Part shown: one piece after another, positions 28,654-36,187 of the stretch
Numbering within the stretch: position 1 is the stretch's first letter
How the letters are laid out: each line of letters starts with the position of its first letter
From: Candidatus Latescibacterota bacterium
GTDB lineage: Bacteria; Latescibacterota; UBA2968; UBA8231
Length of the DNA: 64,000 nt
Direction: 5' to 3'
Assembly: GCA_965243025.1 (NCBI GenBank)
Contig: CBDETY010000003.1
Location: forward strand, 640,001-704,000
The notes under the pieces: generated by a model
What the model saw: only the letters and a program-made list of their open reading frames with translations
Database searches by the model: none
What the model was told of the DNA's origin: nothing
Position numbers and translations under genes: made by a program

Positions 28654-29484
28654 TCATTCTGGGTCAATTACGAAAGCGTCGTAGGAGACGGGCAGGCTGA
28701 CCCGCTGGCCTACGGCCTGAAGATGCTCTATTCCATTAGAAGGTTCTTCTGTGAATCCGAGCGGCTCCCACATGGCTGCGGAGTCCCGGACCATGATGAC
28801 GGCCCGCCCGTCAGGGGCCAACATCATGTGGATCTTGTCCACGTCCTTTGCGCTCAGGAGTCCGTCATGGCCGTGCAACACGAGGATCTGGTCGTACGGC
28901 TCCGTGGGATACCAGTGACCGAATGAGCAGTTGTGCAGCCGATCTGCGAATAACGGGTTCCTGCTGGCGCACACGCGGAGCATGTTTTCCGACAGGTCGA
29001 TTCCGCAGTAGTTCTGGGGTCGGATGTCCGGGCAGTTTCTCAGTAACCAGCCGGTGCCGCAGCCTACGTCGAGGATGCGCTGGCCGGTCAGATCGCCCAA
29101 CAGGGCCAGGAGGGGCTCGCCTCCGTGGTCATTAACCATTGCCTGATCGTACTGGTGGGCAACCTCATCATATGGCGTCTCGTAGTGCATCCGGGCGCGA
29201 TTCAGGATGGTGGTTTTGGCTGGCGGCCATCCCATCGTCCAGTAGTAGTGCCCGTTCAGCGTCAGGCTGCGGTAGTACTGGCGATTACCGTACCTGCGCC
29301 GGTAGCCGTAGGTCTGGACCATCTCCACGACTTCCTCGAACTCGTCCTCCGGCCAATTCACCCTGACGGTGTAGAAATGAGGTTTTTCGGGTATCGTCTT
29401 GGCGAATCGGAACGAGGCCGCGCCTACCAGCTCGGCCACCCGGAAAAGGCGCTCATGACTAATGGTGGGATCATTATCGAACAT
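28654..29484 (-). CDS. Class I SAM-dependent methyltransferase with an extra aromatic-rich N-terminal domain
   Basis: YDEVAHQYD, ILDVGCGTG, GIDLSENML, LAPDG; N-terminal FAKTIPEKPHFYTVR..YYWTMG..ILNRA. Confidence 0.8.
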   Translation of the reverse strand: MFDNDPTISHERLFRVAELVGAASFRFAKTIPEKPHFYTVRVNWPEDEFEEVVEMVQTYGYRRRYGNRQYYRSLTLNGHYYWTMGWPPAKTTILNRARMHYETPYDEVAHQYDQAMVNDHGGEPLLALLGDLTGQRILDVGCGTGWLLRNCPDIRPQNYCGIDLSENMLRVCASRNPLFADRLHNCSFGHWYPTEPYDQILVLHGHDGLLSAKDVDKIHMMLAPDGRAVIMVRDSAAMWEPLGFTEEPSNGIEHLQAVGQRVSLPVSYDAFVIDPE

Positions 29485-29509
29485 GGCTGATTCCTTGATA
29501 GGGGAAGGA

Positions 29510-30091
29510 CTACCCGGCCAGCAGAATGCCCAGATAACTGCCGTATCGGATCAGTCCATCGGGGTCCGTGATGACGATCTTGCCATCGGAAATTTCACAC
29601 GTCGGGGCCGTCTGGAAGGACGAGGCGAACAGCTCGCCCCAGGCACCAAACTCCATCCAGTTGGAGCCGCCTACATCGTCGTACCCGGTTACGTCGACAA
29701 TGTCCTCTGAGACCCTGCTGCGTTCCAGATAGACGCCGAGGATATTGTCTTCCGAGAAGTTTTCGTTCGTGATGGTCCAGGATCGGGCCCCTCGACTGTT
29801 CCCGGAACCCGCGTGAAGTCCTACTTCGATGAAGGCGAACAGATTCCCAAAGGTAGTGGTAGTACTGCCGGTATCGACCGCTACGGTGTCGTAAACCGTG
29901 ACGGTGTTTGTGTCTGGATTATCGCCTTGGTAGACGACAGTTTCACCGGTGATATTGATCACCACACAGGCGGTGGTATCGGCGGCTTGTTCGGCGGTGG
30001 TCTTGGGAGAGGTGGCCGGGCCCATCGGGCCCTCGGGGCCCTGACAGGCCGACAGCAGGTAGGCGGCGAGCAGGATGGCTGAATACTGCAT
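29510..30091 (-). CDS. Lipoprotein with short collagen-like GXY motif
   Basis: Lipobox LLSAC followed by QGPEGPMGP; AAGGAG RBS. Confidence 0.75.
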   Translation of the reverse strand: MQYSAILLAAYLLSACQGPEGPMGPATSPKTTAEQAADTTACVVINITGETVVYQGDNPDTNTVTVYDTVAVDTGSTTTTFGNLFAFIEVGLHAGSGNSRGARSWTITNENFSEDNILGVYLERSRVSEDIVDVTGYDDVGGSNWMEFGAWGELFASSFQTAPTCEISDGKIVITDPDGLIRYGSYLGILLAG

Positions 30092-30150
30092 GGTCCCTGT
30101 CTCCTTGAGGCGGGTGGGTTGACCCCGGCTCCGCTGTGGGGCCGGGCCTT

Positions 30151-30292
30151 GTCAAGCCTACACGCCAAGAGACAGCGGGAAGGATCCTGCTATTCGCCAG
30201 CTGAGAGGTAGCTAGCCCCCCAGCTCGGATGGTACGGCTGTTGTATTCACAGGAGACCCGACATCAGGGACCTCCTGACGCATAGACTTGAC
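30151..30292 (-). ncRNA. Candidate 142-nt rod-shaped structured RNA, family unknown
   Basis: Minus strand 5' GUCAAGUCUAUGCGUCAGGAGGU pairs with 3' GUCUCUUGGCGUGUAGGCUUGAC over 23 contiguous bp (16 Watson-Crick + 7 G-U); inner CGGG/CCCG and UCCUG/CAGGA; apical AGCUGGGGGG/CCUCUCAGCU. Confidence 0.55.
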
Positions 30293-30380
30293 GGGTGGTA
30301 ATTTGCAGCCTGAGCGGCTGGCCATCAAGTCAATTCTGCGCTAATTGCTTATTCCAGCTTGTGTTAGGTGGTTGATCTCG

Positions 30381-31547
30381 TCAGATCGCGATCCCCCGCT
30401 CGCCCCCGGTCAGCTCGTCATATCGAAGACGCTTTCCGGTCATACCTCGGGCGAGAACCACCATCATCTCAATCGTGTCCTTGTCGCGGATGTTATGACG
30501 GCCGGCGAACTCGTTCAGGTATCGCTGCAGGTGCTTGAATGACATACGGAAGAAAGTACCTCCATAAGCCCGTTTCAGCACCGCCCAGTATCCCTCGGCG
30601 GAGTTGGTATGCGCCATGCCCCGGACGTATTCCCCGACACCGTGATTCACGGACTCATGGTTGGGGAGCCCCTTGTAGCCGTGGTGCTGATCGGTGTACT
30701 TCTTGGCATTCGGCTTGACGTTCGCCATCACCTGAGCCTGAAGCGTGATGGCCGTCACGTCAGGCACCGTTACGGCCCGGATTTCATTGGTTTTCCGATC
30801 CACGATTGCGACGACCGCCTGTTTGCCCACCGTGCCGCGCCCTTTCCGTAGCTTCTTGCGAGCGTGCTTGTTGGGCTCCTTGCCGCCGAAGTAGCTCTCG
30901 TCAATTTCCACCGGACCTTCCATCAGCTCGCCGGTGTTTTTCACGAATGCTTCCCGGATGCGGTGCATCAGGAACCAGGCACTCTTGTACGTGATTCCAA
31001 GGTGACGGCGTACCTGTATGGCGCTCACACCTCGCAGATGAGTGGTCACCAGAAACAGGCCGATTGCCCACTTCTGGTACCCCAACTTGGAGCCCTCCAT
31101 CACGGTACCCTTTTTCACCGAGAAAAACTGATGACAGTCCCGACACCGATACGGCATTTTCGGGTGCTTCGAAACCGAGGTGCTGACCGATCCGCAGGCC
31201 GGACAATACCGCTGGTCATTTGGCCACCTCTGCTCCTCGAACCATTTCTCCGCCGCCTTGTCGTCAGGGAACATGCGCATCAGTTCAGGGAGAGTAATCC
31301 CCTTGCGGTAGGCCCGTCCGGGTCCCTTGGAGCTATAGTTTGTCGGAAACTTGCTCATATCGGTATATGCTCGCTCATCGTCGTAATAAATATCAGCCAT
31401 TATCCGCTTTTTGTCAAGGTCTAAGTCGTTGTTTTCAAAGAGTTTAGGCTTAAGGAGACGGTGAGGGATCGCCCTGGTGGGCTCTGGCGGTACACCCGGT
31501 GAATTGGGCTTGACAACTCGTTTCTTAGTCCTGAACTTAGTACGCAT
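30381..31547 (-). CDS. IS1595-family DDE transposase (alternative start at 31358)
   Basis: Zn ribbon CPACG..YRCRDC, TYKSAWFLMHRIREA, VEIDESYFGG, YTD..GY, VNH..EYVRG.AHTNSAEGYW, HLQRYLNEF. Confidence 0.93.
   Translation of the reverse strand: MRTKFRTKKRVVKPNSPGVPPEPTRAIPHRLLKPKLFENNDLDLDKKRIMADIYYDDERAYTDMSKFPTNYSSKGPGRAYRKGITLPELMRMFPDDKAAEKWFEEQRWPNDQRYCPACGSVSTSVSKHPKMPYRCRDCHQFFSVKKGTVMEGSKLGYQKWAIGLFLVTTHLRGVSAIQVRRHLGITYKSAWFLMHRIREAFVKNTGELMEGPVEIDESYFGGKEPNKHARKKLRKGRGTVGKQAVVAIVDRKTNEIRAVTVPDVTAITLQAQVMANVKPNAKKYTDQHHGYKGLPNHESVNHGVGEYVRGMAHTNSAEGYWAVLKRAYGGTFFRMSFKHLQRYLNEFAGRHNIRDKDTIEMMVVLARGMTGKRLRYDELTGGERGIAI
31389..31417 (-). promoter_or_regulatory. Possible sigma70 promoter for the shorter transposase form
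   Basis: TTGACA-N17-GATATT, about 30 bp upstream of ATG 31358. Confidence 0.35.
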
Positions 31548-31648
31548 AACGCCCTCCTTACTGTAGGTGGGTGGAGGTCAGCAAAAAGCTCATCCCGCGA
31601 ATCGAGAGTGGCTTTCTGCTGACTGTGGATGCGAGAAGTAACGGAATC

Positions 31649-31688
31649 AGCCGATCTGGTCGTCGTCAGCGACCTGATCGGCTTTTTT
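31649..31688 (+). terminator. Intrinsic terminator not preceded by a plus-strand CDS
   Basis: AGCCGATC-T-GGTCG-loop-CGACC-T-GATCGGCT followed by TTTTT. Confidence 0.65.
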
Positions 31689-31780
31689 CGTGCTTCTCGT
31701 CGAAATTCACATACAATATACATATCCCGCTGGGTTTCCGCAGGGGGCGGGATACTTCCACATATGACTGGGTACTGAAA

Positions 31781-32254
31781 ATGGATGCTCTCAAACCCTT
31801 TAGCGATGTCCTCGTTTCGCTACTGCCCGAATCCGATTCAGGCAAAATAATCTGGCTGATTGTTTTCGGTCTTTTCGTCTTGATTGTAACTGGACGTCTG
31901 AAATTGGAATGGATTGGACAAGGGATTCTATGGATCGTACAAGTCGTTATACGGATTGCAAAACACTTTTGGAGCCAAGCACAGAACAGGAAGGAACGAG
32001 AACGGATCAGGCGTCAACAGGCACGGGATAGTAGGGAACAACAACGGATCAAGCGTCAATATTGTTCAATTGGAAGACATTTCTTCCAAGGGATAGAGGG
32101 GATTAGGACTGTGACTTTTACTTGTAGATTCTGTCGGATAGAAAAGAAATTTGGCGAAATCGAATTTGATGAAGATTTTGAGTGGTGTTCCTATGGCCTT
32201 GAGGGGTCCGGGTGGGGTACATTGAAAGACCATGATGCCACCAAGGGTAGCTGA
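31781..32254 (+). CDS. Membrane protein with charged linker and C-terminal Cys/His cluster (transposon cargo)
   Basis: TM IIWLIVFGLFVLIV; R/Q-rich helix; YCSIGRH..TCRFC. Confidence 0.6.
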   Translation: MDALKPFSDVLVSLLPESDSGKIIWLIVFGLFVLIVTGRLKLEWIGQGILWIVQVVIRIAKHFWSQAQNRKERERIRRQQARDSREQQRIKRQYCSIGRHFFQGIEGIRTVTFTCRFCRIEKKFGEIEFDEDFEWCSYGLEGSGWGTLKDHDATKGS

Positions 32255-32383
32255 ATACCTGTGGGCTGTTAATCCGGAAAATCGACCATCTGAGCAGGGT
32301 AACATCAAAGCCAAAAGCTAAGAGTCATTCACCCGTAACCCTCCGGTATAAGTTCCAAAAAATAGGACAAAGCCAGGTCGCCG

Positions 32384-33058
32384 ATGATACTGCGCGGGAA
32401 CCGCTTCGAGATCCGCTCGCAGAACTCCAACCTCGTCTACTGGGAGCAGGAGGAGTTTCCGTCCTGGACGGCACTCAACTGCCTGCGCCTGTTCACGACC
32501 GTCCCCTCAGGGCACGGGGTCGAGCCCCATTACCACGACAACGACGAGATCTGGCTGTTCCGCTCCGGCCGCGGCGAGGTCTGGGTCGGCGGTGAAAAAC
32601 GGGAAGTGACCCCGAACACGATGGTGTACACCCCGATGGGGGTGGTGCACCGTTTCCAGATGTTCGAGCCCTGGGAGAACACGGCGATCGTGACGCGGTT
32701 GGAGGGAAAGAAGCGGGCCGCCCACATACTGGTGGAGGAGGACGGGGAGCCGGTGCCTGCCGCCGAAGGGTTCGTCGTTCCCGGGGCGGAAAACCGCGGG
32801 CCCCTGGCGGATCCGGGGTCCCGCTGTCCGTTGAGCGAGTTCCGCGAGATCCATTTCGATGCCGGCGAAACCCTGGCTGCCGAGGGTTCCCTGCAGGTCA
32901 ACGAACACTGGCTGGTGTCGGGAGGAGAGATCGAGCTGAGCGTCGACGGCGCGCAGGCCCTGCTCGTCGAGGAGGACGTCGCCCTGATGAAGGCCGGCGC
33001 CGTGCGGGCGGTGCGCGCGATCACCGGCGGGCGGGCGATCCTGGTGCGCGAGCGCTGA
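32384..33058 (+). CDS. Cupin domain protein
   Basis: PHYHDNDEIW..G.G..TPMGVVH. Confidence 0.8.
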   Translation: MILRGNRFEIRSQNSNLVYWEQEEFPSWTALNCLRLFTTVPSGHGVEPHYHDNDEIWLFRSGRGEVWVGGEKREVTPNTMVYTPMGVVHRFQMFEPWENTAIVTRLEGKKRAAHILVEEDGEPVPAAEGFVVPGAENRGPLADPGSRCPLSEFREIHFDAGETLAAEGSLQVNEHWLVSGGEIELSVDGAQALLVEEDVALMKAGAVRAVRAITGGRAILVRER

Positions 33059-33245
33059 CCGGCGCCCCGCATTGGTATCCGCAAAGTCGTTCTACAGTGC
33101 CCGCCCAGGTTCGGGGTAGCGCCTCACTCGGACAACACCCGGGTTCGGGGAGCTGGCGTCAGCGACCGCCGGGGGGAAAGCGGCGGGCGGCCCCTCTGAC
33201 CATCGGGTACCTGAGCAGGCAAGCGCAGGGACGAGTGCGGCGAAT

Positions 33246-34274
33246 TCACTCCTCCGGCAGGAGCAGGTACTTGTGCCCGCGCCGGGAGCGCACCGCCGCG
33301 AATGCCTGTTCCCACTCGCTCAGCGGGAAACGGCCGCTTATCAGCGGGGCCGTCTCGATCTTCCCCTCACCGAGCAGATGCAGCGCCCGTTCCCAGGTCC
33401 CGTGCCCGTAGGTGAAGCTCGGGAGCAGGGTCAGCTCCTTGATGACCGCCGCGTTCAGATCGACCGCGACATCGCCGCTGAAAAGGCCGACCAGCACCAG
33501 CTGCGCCCCCTTGCGGGCATGGGCGATGCACTGCTGCAGCGAGGCCTGCGAACCGCCGCATTCGATCGCGACATCGGCTCCCAGTCCGCCGGTCCTGTCC
33601 CGCAGCTGATCGAAAGAGTCGGCGCCCGCCTGGATGACGGCGTCGGCGCCCAGTTCTTTTCCGAGTTCCAGGCGGGCTTCATCTCCGGAAGCTCCGACCA
33701 GGACGACGGCGGCGCCGAGGCTCCTTGCCGCCTGCAGACAGAGCAGGCCGACCGGCCCCGGTCCCGAGACCATGACCACGTCGCCCTGGTTCACGGAGGC
33801 GCGTTCGTACACGGCGCGCACCGCTACCGCGGTCGGCTCGCACAGGGAGCCGCTTTCGAAGTCGACGCCGGCCGGGAGCCTGTGCGCGCTTTCCTCCCGC
33901 TGGCACACGTACCTGGCGAAAGCCCCGTCGACGTGCACGCCCATGCTGCGGCGCTCGGGGCAGAGCCCGATGAGTCCGCCGCGGCAGAACCGGCATGCGC
34001 CGCAGGTATGCCGGAAACTCTCGCAGCTCACCCGGTCGCCGGCCTTGAAGCCCGTCACGCGGTCCCCCACATCGACGACGACCCCGGACATCTCGTGCCC
34101 CAGGACGAAGGGCGGGTCGTTCGGGTACTCGTCGTCGTGGATGTGCAGGTCGGTGCCGCAGATCGCCGCGGCCATCACTTCGATCTTGATCTGACCGGAC
34201 TCCGGCGCCGGCTCCGGGACATCGAGCAGATCGACGTGGCCGATTCCTGCCGCGGTTTTCACGAGCGCTTTCAT
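33246..34274 (-). CDS. Zinc-binding alcohol/polyol dehydrogenase
   Basis: ICGTDLH, GHE, CGACRFC..C, GPGPVG. Confidence 0.9.
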   Translation of the reverse strand: MKALVKTAAGIGHVDLLDVPEPAPESGQIKIEVMAAAICGTDLHIHDDEYPNDPPFVLGHEMSGVVVDVGDRVTGFKAGDRVSCESFRHTCGACRFCRGGLIGLCPERRSMGVHVDGAFARYVCQREESAHRLPAGVDFESGSLCEPTAVAVRAVYERASVNQGDVVMVSGPGPVGLLCLQAARSLGAAVVLVGASGDEARLELGKELGADAVIQAGADSFDQLRDRTGGLGADVAIECGGSQASLQQCIAHARKGAQLVLVGLFSGDVAVDLNAAVIKELTLLPSFTYGHGTWERALHLLGEGKIETAPLISGRFPLSEWEQAFAAVRSRRGHKYLLLPEE

Positions 34275-34348
34275 CTTTTGGCGAGTGCTCTCATGGCAGG
34301 TCTTGCTCAAAAAAGCGCTGACCGGCATACCCTCCCGTCACTGAGAAG

Positions 34349-35454
34349 GTGATGAATATGGCCACTGTGAAACCCTCTCTCAAAACCGCCGTGGTAGGCC
34401 TTCGCATCCACGCGGGCGACCTCGATCCGGACGGCAATCACGGCCTGCTGAAGTCGTTCAAGGCCCAGGCGGACGTCGACGTGGTCGCCTACTGCGAATG
34501 GGACCGGTCGGAAGCCGCGGCCCTCGAGGCGATCCGCAGGGCAGACCCGGAGGCCGGCATCCATACCGATCTGTCGGCCCTGTTGGCCGAGGTGGAGTTC
34601 GACGCCGCCCTCGTCATGCTGCCGCCGTCGGAGGCGGCCCCGGCGGCTCTGCGCCTGGCCGAGGCGGGCAAGCACCTGTACATCGAAAAGCAGGCGGCGC
34701 GGAGCGCCGCGGAGCTGGACCCGCTTTGCAGGGCAGCGGCCGACCGGAACCTGGTGATCCAGGCGGGGTACCCGTGGGTCTGCCATCCGGTCGCCCGGGA
34801 GATCAAGCGCCAGATCGACGCGGGTGTGCTCGGGGACCTCGCGGCCATGGAGGCCCGCTGGTCACGCTCCAGGTCGGGCCCGGAATGCGGGACCCCGAAC
34901 ACTGGATGTACACCAGCGCCGGCGAAGGGGGCGGCATCCTCCACATGGAGGGGGGCCACTGGCTCACCCTGTTTCACTATTTCAGCGGCGCACAGGTCAA
35001 GTCGGTGACCGCCCTGTGCAGCCGCGCGATCGGGGCAATTGAAGAGGACCTGGAAGATGTGGCCACAGTCGCGCTGGAATTCGAGAACGGCGTGCACGCC
35101 TGTCTGCACATGGGGTATCTCCTGCCCGGTGTCGGCCCCCGGAACGACACCTGCTTCAGCCTGCGCGGCACCCTCGGCACCGCGACATGGCCTTCCCCGG
35201 GCGACGGTGAGTTTACGGTCGCCAGCGCGCTGCCGGCTTGGCAGGGGGCGCCGGTGCGCACCTTTCGCATGGAGGTCGCTCCCCGGCCCGTCTATGCCGA
35301 TGAGTGGGGGTATCAGTTCGTCGCCGCGTTCGTCAGGGCCGTGCGGGAGAACGGGCGGCCCCTGGTCAGCGCGAAGGATGCCCGGCGCGTGCTGCAGACA
35401 ATCGAAGCCGCGTACGAGTCGTCGCGCACCGGGCGGCGGGTGCAGCTGAGCTGA
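34349..35454 (+). CDS. Gfo/Idh/MocA family oxidoreductase, one frameshift at ~34858
   Basis: GKHLYIEK in ORF 34349-35008; GGGILHMEGGHW, EDVA and YESSRTGRRV in ORF 34498-35454; adding one C in cgc(c)tg gives EARLVTLQ. Confidence 0.8.
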
Positions 35455-35597
35455 GAGCGGCCCTCACACTCGCACGGCCCATCTCCGTTCCATCCAGGTC
35501 TCGCGTGCAGGGACGGGCAGCCGAAATCCCCAGGCAGCGCTGGTGGGCTGCCATCACCCGAACTGGTTCTGCACCGGCGAAAACAGACCGCCATCGA

Positions 35598-36008
35598 TCA
35601 GGCGGGTGGGGTTTCGGAACCGCCGGCGTCGAGCTGCCTGAAGACCTCATCGGCTGCGGCGAGTCCTTCCCAGGCGACCGGGAAACCGGCGTAAAAGGCC
35701 ATCTGCAACAGGGTCTCGCGAATCTCCTCGCGGGTGGCGCCGTTGCCGAGGGCCATCTCGATGTTCAGGCTGAGCGCGCGCGGGCGGTTGAGGGCGGCCA
35801 GCGCCGAGATCGTGACCAGGCTGCGGGTGCGCGGGTCCAGGCCGGGCCGGGTCCAGACCTGGCCTCCCAGAGCCCCGAGGACGAAATGCTCGAAGTCCGG
35901 CGAGATGCGGTGCCAGGTTTCTCGCAGCTGCGAGGCGCGTTCCTCACCCGCCATCCTGGCGAACTGTTCGAACCCCTGCTGGACGGTCTGATCGGTGACT
36001 TCGGACAT
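35598..36008 (-). CDS. Carboxymuconolactone decarboxylase family protein
   Basis: GQVWTRPGLDPRTRSLVTISAL, ALGNGATREEI.E.LLQMAFYAGFP. Confidence 0.88.
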   Translation of the reverse strand: MSEVTDQTVQQGFEQFARMAGEERASQLRETWHRISPDFEHFVLGALGGQVWTRPGLDPRTRSLVTISALAALNRPRALSLNIEMALGNGATREEIRETLLQMAFYAGFPVAWEGLAAADEVFRQLDAGGSETPPA

Positions 36009-36187
36009 GGGTGAAATTTCCCGTTGGGTTGAGGTGACGGTTGGCTTGGCGAAATGCGCGGATCAACATGGATTCCAATCGGTTGCCGGGGCAATTACCC
36101 GAGCAGGCTTCCCTGCCGGGCGCGGGCTCCGTCTGTTTCCCGCAGCTGCCCGGCCGGCCTGGAAACCCCGGTAGCGGCCGCAGACGA

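Larger units (their letters stand above)
26353..32356. mobile_element. 6,004-bp IS1595-family transposon with passenger genes
   Basis: TIRs GGAACTTATACCGG(T/A)GGGTTACGG at 26353-26376 and 32333-32356 (23/24 identical), shared TCTTAGCTTT 33 bp in from each end, 8-bp direct repeat AAAAAATA at 26345-26352 and 32357-32364, internal IS1595 transposase, visibly lower GC than flanks. Confidence 0.93.

Noticed and set aside
30190-30270. Hammerhead ribozyme or TIR-targeting guide within the structured RNA
   Set aside because: CUGAUGU and CGAAU deviate from the CUGANGA/GAAA core; the resemblance of the loop (CCGUACCAUCCG) to the TIR is too short and gapped to support
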